From: an uncultured Phycisphaerales bacterium
GTDB lineage: Bacteria > Planctomycetota > Phycisphaerae > Tepidisphaerales > Tepidisphaeraceae
Assembly (NCBI GenBank): GCA_963755915.1
Contig: CAVWLP010000003.1
Span: forward strand, 640,001-704,000
Direction: 5' to 3'
Length of the DNA stretch: 64,000 nucleotides
Shown: piece after piece, positions 1-9,564 of the stretch
How the letters are laid out: each line of letters opens with the position of its first letter
Position numbering within the stretch: the first letter of the stretch is position 1
The notes under the pieces: generated by a model
Seen by the model: only the letters and a program-made list of their open reading frames with translations
Databases searched by the model: none
What the model was told of the DNA's origin: nothing
Position numbers and translations under genes: made by a program

Positions 1-1009
1 CGGTGGAGTTGAGGGCGGCGGTGGGGTCGAGGTCTTCATTTGTGGAAGAGACGCTGCTGTAGCCGTTGAGACCCTGGCCGCTGGCGTAGATGGAGTTGAG
101 CCCGAAAATCAAACCACCGGCGAGGTTATTGAACTGCTGCTGCACCTGGTTGAGCTGCGTTTGGGCGGAGAGGTCTGCGCCAAGCTGGCCGCTGGTGGCC
201 GGCACGGGGCCGTTGTCGGAGCCGAAGACCAGGGAATAGACGGGTTGATCGTTCACCTGATTTTCCTGCACCTGAATGCTGTCGGCCGTCGTGCCGACGA
301 CGAGCGGCTCGGAGCCGATGTAGAGATTCACGGTGCCATTGCCCTGGTTCACGGTCTGGATGTTGACCAGTTGCGAGAGCTGCTGGACGGCGGCGTCGCG
401 CTGGTCCTCAAGCTGGCTGTCGGAGCCGGCGGGTCCCTGGCTGGTCGAAATCTGCTGATTAAGCGTCGCGATCTGCTGGGCAAGCTGGCTGGCGTTGGCG
501 GAAAGGGAGGTCAGGTCGCTGCCGATTGACGTCTGGATCGTCTGGAGTTGATTTTCGTAGCCGTTGAATTGCTGAGCGAGCGTTTGGCCGTCCTGAATGA
601 TCGTCTGCCGCTGGGTGATGCTCGACGGGTCGTTGGCAAGCTGCGACCAGTCGTTGGTGAAAGTCGTAAGCTGGGAATCGAGGCTCTGGCTGCCGAGGGC
701 GTTGAAGACGTTTTCGATCTGGCCGCTGAAATTCTGGGTGGTGGTGGCGGCCTCGTTGTCGCTCATGGCGGAGTTGAGGCGGCCGTTGAGCGATTCATCG
801 ACCTGGCGCTGGATGGCGGTGATATCGACGCCGGTGCCGACGTACATCCCCGGCTGAAGTTCCTGATCCGGGGTTTCGCTGGCGACGGCAACTTCGCGGG
901 TATAATTGGCGTTGCCGACGTTGGCGATGTTATTGCCGGTTACCTGGAGCGCAATCTGGCTCGCCTGAAGAGCCGAACCGGCGATGTTGAGTGCTCCGTT
1001 GAGGGACAT
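1..1009 (-). CDS. flgK: Flagellar hook-associated protein FlgK (runs off the window start)
   Basis: Manual translation from ATG at 1009: MSLNGALNIAGSALQASQIALQVTGNNIANVGNANYTRE, a basal-body/hook N-terminal motif; follows flgN. Confidence 0.85.
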   Translation of the reverse strand, partial: MSLNGALNIAGSALQASQIALQVTGNNIANVGNANYTREVAVASETPDQELQPGMYVGTGVDITAIQRQVDESLNGRLNSAMSDNEAATTTQNFSGQIENVFNALGSQSLDSQLTTFTNDWSQLANDPSSITQRQTIIQDGQTLAQQFNGYENQLQTIQTSIGSDLTSLSANASQLAQQIATLNQQISTSQGPAGSDSQLEDQRDAAVQQLSQLVNIQTVNQGNGTVNLYIGSEPLVVGTTADSIQVQENQVNDQPVYSLVFGSDNGPVPATSGQLGADLSAQTQLNQVQQQFNNLAGGLIFGLNSIYASGQGLNGYSSVSSTNEDLDPTAALNST

Positions 1010-1020
1010 AATTCAGCCAA

Positions 1021-1514
1021 TCAGCCGACGGCATCCATAACGCCGATTCGCTCGGCAACGCTGGGAATTCCGCGCCGGGTGTAGAGTCCGGCCCGCTGCG
1101 CGGCGCCGGCGAGAATTCGCAGGACGGTGTTCAGATGACCAAGCACGGCGGAGGCCAATCGGCCCGAGCCGTGCGAACGATGGGAGATTTTTGCAGCGAG
1201 ATCGCGCAGGTCATTGCGGGCTTTCAGCAGCGCCGGGGCATAGCAGAGGAAAGAGCTCGGCGATTTTGGTAAGCCGCGGCTCCTGGGGAAGCTTGAGGGT
1301 GGCGGTGAGCTGGCGCATGACCATCCGGCGCTTGTTTTCCAGCTCGCCGATGCGAAGACGGGTGCATTCCTGGCGGGGCATGAGATCGGCCATGGCGCCG
1401 AGGTTGAACTTTTTCATCGCGACGTGCTGATGCTCGAGCTGCTGGAGCAGCTGGCGAGTATTCGGCAGTGAGCTGCGAGAGGATTGCCTGGAGATCAGTA
1501 ATAAGTCGAGACAT
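1021..1514 (-). CDS. flgN: Flagellar export chaperone FlgN-like protein (about 2 frameshifts)
   Basis: Helical fragments MSRLITDLQAILSQL / LRIGELENKRR / ASAVLGHLNTVLRILAG..GLYTRRG; lies between flgJ-like gene and flgK. Confidence 0.65.
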
Positions 1515-1561
1515 GACTGGCTCCCATGGATCGTGCCCGCATGCGATCGGCGCCTTCGCGT

Positions 1562-1914
1562 TCAGCTTTTATCTTCTCCGGCCGACTGGCGGGCGTAGGC
1601 TTTCCCGCCTTCGATCTTGCGAACGATGGATTGAACGAGCGTATCGGAAGCGCCGCTGGCTCATTTTTTCCGCGAGACGTTCATCGAACATTGTGCCAAA
1701 CGCCTTTCCGGCGTCGCCGCCGTCGAATAGTTTGCTGTGGAACGGGTCATTGCGCATCGCATCGAGCATGGGTTCGAAGAAGGAGATGGCGACCCACTTG
1801 CGCGTCTGCTGGATAAGTTTGTCGTGGCTGCGACATGGGGCCGCGCGTATCGAGGACAATGGGGTTTGACGCTCCGCGTCGTTGGGTTGGCATAGGTTGA
1901 AACGCCGTGTTCAT
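1562..1914 (-). CDS. flgJ: FlgJ-like rod-binding protein (frameshifted; ends approximate)
   Basis: WVAISFFEPMLDAMR..FDGGDAGKAFGTMFDERLAEKMS resembles the rod-binding domain; directly after flgI. Confidence 0.65.
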
Positions 1915-1916
1915 GA

Positions 1917-2997
1917 TTACTCCTCGATCAACTCCGCGTGAAGTTTTCCGGTTTTGTAGAGCTCCTCGATGATCTGGATGCGGTCATCCGCGGGAACTTT
2001 GAGCTGCTCCATCGCATCGACGAGGTCCTGAAGGTTGGCCGTTCCCTGGTCCGTCGTGGAAATGGCGAATGGCCTCGTGATCGGTCACAACGGGATTGCG
2101 CGGCGTGGGCTGGGGAGGGGGCATGATCGTGGAGATCGAAAGGCCGTTGTGGCAGATAACGACGGGGCTGATTTCGACGTCGCCGGTCATAATGATCGTT
2201 CCTGTTTTCTGGTTGATCGTGACGCGCGCCTGGGTGGCGAGCATCTGGACGGGCAATTGCTGGATGCGGGCGATGAAGCTGTCCGGGTGTTCGCGCTCGC
2301 TTTGCGGGATGGTGACGATGATATTTTTGCCGTCGATAGCGCTGGCGAGGGTTTCACCGTCCGAGGCTTCGGAATCGTTGATGATCTTGGCGATCCGGCT
2401 GGCTGTTCCCCAGCTCGAGGAATATTCATCGAGGATGAGCGTGAAATGCCCGCCGGAATCGATGACTTTCGCGGGAAGATCGGCTTCCATGACCGCCCCA
2501 CCGGCGGCGCCGCGGATGACGCCGACCGTGGGCGTGCTGGGGTCTTCGATGGTGATCGGCCCTTCGGCCAGCGCCAGTAGCGGCCCGCCGGGTATGGGAC
2601 CCTGCATGGGGGTGACGAAGAGCCGGCCGCCGTGAAGGCTGGCGGCGGCGCCGACACTGGAGATGTTGACGTCGAGGTGATCGCCGTCGCGCGCGCCCGA
2701 GGCGGGGACGGTGGCGGTGACCATCACCACGGCGACGTTGGCCGCATTGGCGAGCTGCTGGACGGTGACGGGATCTCCAAATTTGCCGAGCATGGAGCGA
2801 AGGGGCGCGATCGCGGGCGTAAAGCCGCCGCCGTCGCCGGTGCCTTTCAGGCCGTACACCAGGCCAAGACCGGTGAGGACGTTGGTCCGCTCCCCACCGA
2901 TGCGAGTGATGTCGGCGACCTTGACGGCGCCCGCGGGCGGCGCGATCAGGGCGATCGCCGCCAGCAAAACTGAAAGTGGAAAGAGTCGTTTAGTCAT
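1917..2997 (-). CDS. flgI: Flagellar P-ring protein FlgI (frameshift near the C-terminus)
   Basis: Signal peptide; NVLTGLGLVYGLKGTGD, NVAVVMVTA, ARVTINQKTGTII; C-terminus GKLHAELIEE* in another frame. Confidence 0.92.
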
Positions 2998-3012
2998 TCG
3001 CGGTAACCGTCA

Positions 3013-3819
3013 TCAGAAAAAGTGAAAGAAGTCCAATACTCGATAAAGAATGCTGCGATTGTTGGCGTCCTTCACGGCGCCCTTGTTCTGCTTGTTCAAG
3101 GTGAGGTTGAAGAGCTGATTACTGATAATCGTGTTGGCGGCAGTAATGTCTTCGACGCGGCAGGTGCCCAAAAGAGTGAGCTTCTGATCTTCTGAGTCGG
3201 TCTTGATGTCTTCGGTGGCCTCGAGGATCAAGGTGCCGTTGGGCTTTACGTCGACGACCTCGGCGGTAATGCGACCGGTGAAGGTGTCCTGGCGCTGGAT
3301 GTTTCCGTTGCCCTGGAACTGCCGATTAGTGCTTCCCTCGATTTGGATTGGGGTCGCGGGCGCATGCTCGACAAGGGAGAGCCCGCCGCCTGCACTTCCG
3401 AGCATGACGTAGCTGTTGAGCAGCGCGTCGAGATTATTTTGGCGCGAAAGGTCGGTGACGTCATTGTTCATCACGGCGCTGGATTCAGCGATGACGATGG
3501 TGACCAGGTCGTGTTTTTTGAGGAGCTTTGGCTTGGGCTCCGGGACGTCGTAAAAACTCGCCGAGGCGGTGGTGACGGCGGCGGAATCTTCCTGTCCCAT
3601 GGTTTCGGCGCGAAGGAGCGAGCCGCCGGAGCGCTGCACGCCAATGCCAATGGGAATCGGCGGCGAATCGGCATCCACCGAGGTGATGCCCGCGGCCGCC
3701 GGAGACGTTGTGTACGCGGATTGATTTTCCTGCGGCGCGTTTTGCGCCAGCGTCGGCCAGGCGATGGAAATGGCGCCTGCGGCTGCGATCGAGAGGAGGG
3801 CTCGGGATTTATTTGGCAT
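3013..3819 (-). CDS. flgH: Flagellar L-ring protein FlgH
   Basis: DLVTIVIAE, ITAEVVDVKPNGTLILEA, LLGTCRVEDITAANTIISNQL. Confidence 0.9.
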   Translation of the reverse strand: MPNKSRALLSIAAAGAISIAWPTLAQNAPQENQSAYTTSPAAAGITSVDADSPPIPIGIGVQRSGGSLLRAETMGQEDSAAVTTASASFYDVPEPKPKLLKKHDLVTIVIAESSAVMNNDVTDLSRQNNLDALLNSYVMLGSAGGGLSLVEHAPATPIQIEGSTNRQFQGNGNIQRQDTFTGRITAEVVDVKPNGTLILEATEDIKTDSEDQKLTLLGTCRVEDITAANTIISNQLFNLTLNKQNKGAVKDANNRSILYRVLDFFHFF

Positions 3820-3834
3820 CTTCGGTCAGACCTT

Positions 3835-5040
3835 TCAATTGTCGGACTCGGGGTTGTCACTGAGGTTCGCCTCCTGCGGGCCGGTGACGGTTACGTCCAT
3901 AACGTCGCGTGTGTTTTCCTTGCGCACGCGAATGGTTTGCCCCATGGCGCCCTCCTCCATGGCGCGGGCGACGGAGCGCAGCTCGATCGTCCCCTTGCGG
4001 AGGGTGATGGTGACCAATTGACCTGGCTTCACGAGGGGAACGGGATCGACAAGCTGCGCGTTCATGATGGTGCCGGGCTCGAGCTGCTCGGCGGCCTCCT
4101 GGCCGACGCACTGGTCGACGCTGAGCAACTGATGCTCGGGCATGGAATCGACAAGGATGCGATGCGTGGCGAAATCGGTGGCGTCCAGCACGGTATGCGC
4201 GGGAATCGGCTTGGCGACGATGGTCTGGTTTTCCCACGCGCGGGCGACGGCCGTAAGGTGCACTTTCTTGTTGGCGTTGTCGGTGTAAATCGTCACGTCC
4301 CAGGAGACGTTGCCGAGGGCCAGGGCGCGGGACGGGATGACATCGAATTTGAAGACCGGCTCAGAGAGGGAGAGGATACGATTCTCGTCCTGGCCGAAAT
4401 CGAGCTGAAGCGTTTCGGCGGGAATGTTGAGCCGCTGACTGAGATCGGTGACGAGCAGATCGCGGAGGCAGTGGAAAGCCTGATCCGGCCTGGGCTCGGT
4501 GTCGGACGCAAGCACCGGGTTTCCCTTTGCAGGATCGGGCGCCTGCTGGGTGTCGAGCCATTGCTGGACGTTTTGCCCGGTGCTGCCGGGGCCGTCGGTG
4601 CGGGTGATCGAGCAGATGGTAGCGCCGGTGAAGTTGATCATAGCGATGTTCACACCGGCTTCGTGCAGGGTTTCGCGAACGTCATCGACGGCCACGGTGC
4701 GGAAAGATGCGCCGTCGTCGAAATGAAGGACTTTCAGATCGGCGATGGGGGTGAAGATGGGTCCGTCGCCGTCGGACCAGCGGCAGATTTGCTTGAGCGT
4801 GACATCGGCGCCGGAGATGTTGGCGTCTTCGCGCAGTTCCAGCGTTCCGCTGGGCGTGGAATCAGTGTTTTGCGGGACGAATTTTTCCTGCCCCGGCGCA
4901 TCGGACATCGCGTCCAGCGGCGGTGTAACGTCCTGGCCGAAGCCCCATTGGTGCATGAGGGTTTGCGTCGCCCAGGCGAGGAGGGTGAGGAGGATCAGGA
5001 ACTGGACCTGCTTTTTCTTGGTTAGCCTGCGATTATTCAT
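3835..5040 (-). CDS. flgA: Flagellar P-ring formation chaperone FlgA
   Basis: C-terminal SAF-type region PLVKPGQLVTI..ARAMEEGAMGQTIRVR; between flgG and flgH. Confidence 0.85.
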   Translation of the reverse strand: MNNRRLTKKKQVQFLILLTLLAWATQTLMHQWGFGQDVTPPLDAMSDAPGQEKFVPQNTDSTPSGTLELREDANISGADVTLKQICRWSDGDGPIFTPIADLKVLHFDDGASFRTVAVDDVRETLHEAGVNIAMINFTGATICSITRTDGPGSTGQNVQQWLDTQQAPDPAKGNPVLASDTEPRPDQAFHCLRDLLVTDLSQRLNIPAETLQLDFGQDENRILSLSEPVFKFDVIPSRALALGNVSWDVTIYTDNANKKVHLTAVARAWENQTIVAKPIPAHTVLDATDFATHRILVDSMPEHQLLSVDQCVGQEAAEQLEPGTIMNAQLVDPVPLVKPGQLVTITLRKGTIELRSVARAMEEGAMGQTIRVRKENTRDVMDVTVTGPQEANLSDNPESDN

Positions 5041-5070
5041 TGGGGCCTCTCATCCATGAGATGCGTGCGT

Positions 5071-5880
5071 TTAGGAGCGTCTGAGGTTGGTAATGGTTTC
5101 AAGTGCCTGGTCGGCCGTCTGGATCGACTGGCTGTTAAGCTCGAACGCGCGCTGGGTCTGGATGAGCGTGACGAGTTCGTTAACCGGATCGACGTTGCTG
5201 GCCTCAAGAAAGTTCTGGAGAAGCGTGCCGCCTCCCTGGGTGCCGGGGTTTCCGATGATCGGCGGCCCGGAGGCCTGGGTTTCCTGATAAAGGCTGCCGC
5301 CCAGAAGCTGCAATCCCTGGGGATTGACGAACTGGGTGATCTGGAATTGGCCGAGCTGTGTCGGGGCGGTTGCACCCGGTTGAATGCCGGTGATGGTGCC
5401 GTCCTGGCCGATCTGGATATTGGTGACGCCGGTGGGGATGGTGATCGGCGGATCGAGCTGGTAACCATCGCCCATGCCCAGGACGAGCTGGTTCTGGTTG
5501 TTGACGAAGAATTGTCCGTTGCGCGTGTAGGCGGTCCCGTCTCCGAGGGAGCTGAGGACTTTGACGCGGAAGAATCCCGGACCCTGGATGCCGACGTCGA
5601 GATTGTTGCCGGTGCTCTCCATGCTGCCTTCGGTGAGATCGAGCTCGGTGTTGCTGATTCGGGTTCCGAGGCCGACGAAGATGCCGGAGGGGGAGATATC
5701 GCCGTTGCCGCTGGTGGTGCCGGGGGCTTTGAGGGTCTGGTAGAAGAGATCCTCGAAATTGACGCGGCTGCCCTTGAAGCCCGTGGTTTCGGCGTTGGCG
5801 AGATTGTTGGCGATCACGTCGATTGCAGTGGAAAGTCCCTGCAATCCAGTGGCGGCGGAATGAAGCGCGGTAATGGCCAT
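5071..5880 (-). CDS. flgG: Flagellar basal-body distal rod protein FlgG
   Basis: IANNLANAETTGFK, FEDLFYQ, YTRNG, FLEASNVDPVNELVTLIQTQRAFELNS. Confidence 0.95.
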   Translation of the reverse strand: MAITALHSAATGLQGLSTAIDVIANNLANAETTGFKGSRVNFEDLFYQTLKAPGTTSGNGDISPSGIFVGLGTRISNTELDLTEGSMESTGNNLDVGIQGPGFFRVKVLSSLGDGTAYTRNGQFFVNNQNQLVLGMGDGYQLDPPITIPTGVTNIQIGQDGTITGIQPGATAPTQLGQFQITQFVNPQGLQLLGGSLYQETQASGPPIIGNPGTQGGGTLLQNFLEASNVDPVNELVTLIQTQRAFELNSQSIQTADQALETITNLRRS

Positions 5881-5911
5881 TCGAAGTGCCTACGTTGCGA
5901 AGATTCCTGGA

Positions 5912-6673
5912 TTAACTGACTCGGCCGACGTCGTTCACGAGCTTGTCGAGGGTTTCATCCTGAATGTGCATCATGTTGGCGTTGGCCTCGAGCTGGCGCT
6001 GGGCCTCCATCAGATCCGTGAGCTCGATGGCCGGGTCGACGTTCGAGCGTTCGATGAAACCGCTGCGCACCGTGGGGGTTGCCGCCTGGAGGGCGCCGCC
6101 GTCGGCGGGAAGACCCAGTAGCGTGTTTCCCGCCTTCGTCAACCGCGTCGGATCGGCGATGCTGAATAGTCCGAGGCGATCGACCACCTTGCCGTTCTGG
6201 GTAATCGTTCCGTCCGCGGAAATGGTAGCCGGATATTGCATGTCGAGATTGATCGCTTTCTGGCGGTAATCGAGAAACGTCTCGGTTGGATCGTTGGAGA
6301 GAGCAAGCTGCCCGTTGCGGTTGACGACCATCTGGCCGTTGCGGGTGAGGTGGGTCTGATTCCCCTTGCTGACGGCGAGAAACCCGCGTCCCTGGAGGGC
6401 GACGTCGAGATTGTTGCCGGTCGGCTCGATTTCGCCGGCTCTGGAATCGACAACGGTGTCGGCGGCAAGGAGGCCGCCCCCGATGGGCTCGAGCAGGGGG
6501 TTGGTCTGGCCGTCGCGGCCAAGTTCCTGTGCGGCGGTTGGGCGCTGCTGGAGGAGGGCGAGGTCTTTCTTGAAGCCAACGGTTTCGGAGTTGGCGATGT
6601 TATTGGCAATGACGTCCTGCCGGTAGGAACTGGTCAGGACGCCGGAGGCCGAGAGGTAAAGGCCGTAAATCAT
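5912..6673 (-). CDS. flgF: Flagellar basal-body rod protein FlgF
   Basis: Start MIYGLYLSASG at 6673; IANNIANSETVGFK, LTRNG, GFIERSNVD; first gene of the operon. Confidence 0.85.
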   Translation of the reverse strand: MIYGLYLSASGVLTSSYRQDVIANNIANSETVGFKKDLALLQQRPTAAQELGRDGQTNPLLEPIGGGLLAADTVVDSRAGEIEPTGNNLDVALQGRGFLAVSKGNQTHLTRNGQMVVNRNGQLALSNDPTETFLDYRQKAINLDMQYPATISADGTITQNGKVVDRLGLFSIADPTRLTKAGNTLLGLPADGGALQAATPTVRSGFIERSNVDPAIELTDLMEAQRQLEANANMMHIQDETLDKLVNDVGRVS

Positions 6674-6925
6674 GGGGCCTCGCTTTCGGCGGCCGCGGGG
6701 AAAGCCGCGGCGAAGGTGGAGGAGGAGCGTGCGCCATCCGTGGCCGCTTCTCCTTCGTGATCGGCTCCGCCGACCAGATGAAAACCGGAGGGGGGTAAAT
6801 CGAGCGACAGTTGAAGATGCAACAAGGCCGCGAGTTGTGCGGCCTCGACGATTCGCATGCCGAGATCCCTGGGCAGGTCCATACGCATTTGCTCCGCAAA
6901 AAGACCCAACGTCCGGCGAGGCTAA

Positions 6926-6940
6926 ACAAGTGGCGTGCCA
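6926..6940 (-). promoter_or_regulatory. Candidate sigma54 (-24/-12) promoter for the flg operon
   Basis: TGGCACG-CCAC-TTGT versus consensus TGGCACG-N4-TTGC; one mismatch at -12. Confidence 0.45.
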
Positions 6941-6972
6941 AGGGGGATTATGGGCAGCGGAGAACGGGACGA

Positions 6973-6994
6973 TTGCGACGACAGGATGTCGCAA
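6973..6994. promoter_or_regulatory. Palindromic candidate activator site
   Basis: TTGCGAC-N8-GTCGCAA perfect inverted repeat upstream of the sigma54-like site. Confidence 0.35.
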
Positions 6995-7111
6995 CTTGTT
7001 TGTTCAGTTGTACTTACAAAAATAGCGGCTGCCGGCTTTTTGAGGCGGGAAGAAATGTGGCTGGATTGGGGAACTGGAGCGGAAACTGCGTTAGGAAGGG
7101 CAAAATCTGCG

Positions 7112-7981
7112 TCATGGAGAGCCGGGAATTGACTGGGAGAGTTTGTCGATCAGCGGCTGGCGATCTTCGGGGGAAAGAGGCTGGAGGGTGATGTTGATCT
7201 GGCCATTGTCGAGGGTGATGGCGCTGAGTTTGACGGGTAAGCCTCGGTTTAGGTGAGCCAGATCAAATGGAATGATAAGGTTGGAATCCGCAGGCTGGCC
7301 GGAAAGGCCGGCGAGCAATAACCGGATCCAGCACGAGGCAAGGGCGTAGCCGTTGGCGGTCATGGTGCGATCGATGTTCACGTAGGGCAGTTCGTTGGAG
7401 AGCTGGTCCTGAAGGATGACTTCAAGCCGCTGGAAATAGGGTGCAGCGGCGGATTGGGGAATGGGAAGCATGCCGGCGCAAAGCGCGGCGATCGACAGGT
7501 GAAAATTCTGCTGATCGTCAACCGAGGCGGCGAACTGGGCGCTGACCAGGGATCCCAGCGACGGGGATTGCCCCGCAAGAATGATCCCGCCGCTGGTAAA
7601 GAAAACCCGCCCACCGGTGAAATAGCGGGACATTCGCTCGTCCCAGTCGCCGCTTTCGGGGCCATTCCAGGAAGCGAACAGGGCATTGACCTCGTCATCG
7701 CTGAGCGTGACCGTTTTCGGCCCGACCGGCACTTCATCGGGGCTTGAAATTCCCTTCGAATCGCGAACCTGCTGGGCCTGGGCACTGGCCGCCCAACTGA
7801 AAAGGTCGAGCAATTTCTGGTCGGCGCTGTTGGCGGCGTCTTTGATCTCCTGATCGCTCGCCGGTGGGGGACGATACCAGCTTGGCGTGCCGTGATACAG
7901 GTAGAGTCCGATAACACACAGCACGATCGTGATCGTGACCAGATAGATGACGTAGTAATAGAGCCGCTTGCGCCATTTCAT
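7112..7981 (-). CDS. Hypothetical N-terminally membrane-anchored protein
   Basis: 289-aa ORF with one N-terminal hydrophobic helix. Confidence 0.75.
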   Translation of the reverse strand: MKWRKRLYYYVIYLVTITIVLCVIGLYLYHGTPSWYRPPPASDQEIKDAANSADQKLLDLFSWAASAQAQQVRDSKGISSPDEVPVGPKTVTLSDDEVNALFASWNGPESGDWDERMSRYFTGGRVFFTSGGIILAGQSPSLGSLVSAQFAASVDDQQNFHLSIAALCAGMLPIPQSAAAPYFQRLEVILQDQLSNELPYVNIDRTMTANGYALASCWIRLLLAGLSGQPADSNLIIPFDLAHLNRGLPVKLSAITLDNGQINITLQPLSPEDRQPLIDKLSQSIPGSP

Positions 7982-8108
7982 ATTGACCGCAGCATTTTAC
8001 CGTCACATTCGACACATGTGTTACAGGCGAGAGGCGGAGGAGGATTACGCCTGTGGAAAAAGAGCACAATTGAAAGCGCCCAGCGGCAATGGGGGTAGAT
8101 TGGAGGCA

Positions 8109-8462
8109 ATGCCTGCTGCCGAGATGACTGCCGTTAAGATTCGCCGCGACTGGTCGAAGTCCGCCGTGCTGGGAGAACGCAGCGCCAAGGCGCGCACGTA
8201 TGCCGACCTGGTCGCCAGCCAGCTCGTCGACACGGTACTGCCCCTGAGCCAGCGGGAATCGCTGATCCGCCTGGCGGCTCGCCAGGGAATCAACCGGTTC
8301 GAGGCGAATCTGATTATTGCGGCGGTGCAGAATCAGCTTGAGGTCGGCCGCACGCGTCCAGCCCCCCCACCGCCGAAACGGGCGATGCGCATCGCCGCGG
8401 GAATCGCCATGTTCGTGGTCATCCAGGCGGGGATTGTTGCCGCCGCGTGGTATTGGCTCTGA
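8109..8462 (+). CDS. Hypothetical protein with C-terminal TM helix
   Basis: GGAGG before ATG 8109; RLAARQGINRFEANLIIAAVQ; hydrophobic C-terminus. Confidence 0.7.
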   Translation: MPAAEMTAVKIRRDWSKSAVLGERSAKARTYADLVASQLVDTVLPLSQRESLIRLAARQGINRFEANLIIAAVQNQLEVGRTRPAPPPPKRAMRIAAGIAMFVVIQAGIVAAAWYWL

Positions 8463-8516
8463 TCGCAATTTTCCGACCCCTCCCCGTCCAGCGCAGCGGC
8501 TATAATCACATTCCAA

Positions 8517-9020
8517 ATGGAATTGAAGGTTCTCAAGACCCCCGAGGCTGATGAGCCCTGGTTTGCCGAGGGTTTGCGTTTCACGTGCAGCCAGTGCGGA
8601 AATTGCTGCACGGGCGGGCCGGGGTTTGTCTGGATCAGTCGCAGCGAGATCGCGACACTGGCGGAATTTCTCGGGCTGACGCGGCTTCAAGTGATCCGGC
8701 GATATTGCCGCAAGGTGGGGAGACAGTTCGCGCTGAAAGAAATTAAAAATCCGCGCACCGGTGGCTTCGACTGCATCTTCATCAAGGAACTCCCCACCGT
8801 CGGCGATGCCCATGCTCGGCGAATCTGCTCGGTCTATGAATCCCGCCCGCTCCAGTGCCGGACGTGGCCGTTCTGGGAGGGAAACCTGATGACGCGTAAG
8901 GCTTGGCATCGCGCATCGCGGACTTGCCTGGGGATGAACAGCGGGCGGCTTTTCAACCGCGGTGAGATTGAAAAGCTGAGGGATGCGAAAGATTGGCCCA
9001 AGCGGCCGCCAACGTCGTAG
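8517..9020 (+). CDS. YkgJ-family cysteine-cluster (CxxCxxCC) protein
   Basis: FTCSQCGNCC, DCIF, CSVYESRPLQCRTWPFW. Confidence 0.9.
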   Translation: MELKVLKTPEADEPWFAEGLRFTCSQCGNCCTGGPGFVWISRSEIATLAEFLGLTRLQVIRRYCRKVGRQFALKEIKNPRTGGFDCIFIKELPTVGDAHARRICSVYESRPLQCRTWPFWEGNLMTRKAWHRASRTCLGMNSGRLFNRGEIEKLRDAKDWPKRPPTS

Positions 9021-9057
9021 GGGGCTTACCCGGACATCTTCGCTACAATACCCGCTT

Positions 9058-9549
9058 ATGGACCAAAGCAGCAGAGAATCGCCTTTTTCCCTGCGGCGGT
9101 TGATGCAAGTTGCCGTCGTCATCTCGCTGATCTGCTGCATCTGGTCCGACGTTTATCGTGAGTATTTTGATCCGAAGACGTGGAACAATCGCAAAGGGTA
9201 TGCGCTGTGGGAATACTGGCTTGAAAAGTCGACCGCGCCGGGGCGGGCGATCTTTATTCATTTCGATTTTTCCGATCGCGGCAGGAACGCTGGGTTTGCG
9301 CAGACGATTTATTATCTGGGCGTTTATGATCTTTATCCCCAGCGCGCACTGGTGGCCGATCCGGCGGTTCTCATCAACGATGGCCACGATATCCTGCACA
9401 ACAATTCAAATCCGAATGACCCGTGGCTCCTGGACCACGGCGTCGGGTCGATCATGTCGGTCATCATGGACCCGCACAGGAATTTGCCGGTCGTGAACTC
9501 GGTGCGCTTCCTCGGCCAGCCTCGGACAACCGAATCGCATGGCGGTTGA
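9058..9549 (+). CDS. Hypothetical exported or membrane-anchored protein
   Basis: ATG 9058, N-terminal hydrophobic segment. Confidence 0.6.
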   Translation: MDQSSRESPFSLRRLMQVAVVISLICCIWSDVYREYFDPKTWNNRKGYALWEYWLEKSTAPGRAIFIHFDFSDRGRNAGFAQTIYYLGVYDLYPQRALVADPAVLINDGHDILHNNSNPNDPWLLDHGVGSIMSVIMDPHRNLPVVNSVRFLGQPRTTESHGG

Positions 9550-9564
9550 GCAGATCAAACGAAT

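Noticed and set aside
3343-5025. 560-aa plus-strand ORF and similar long antisense ORFs
   Set aside because: Shadow frames of GC-rich genes (here flgH/flgA) with no recognisable motifs.
8517-9020. YkgJ protein as a flagellin methylase
   Set aside because: Only proximity to flg genes supports it; it is on the opposite strand and the family is functionally broad.
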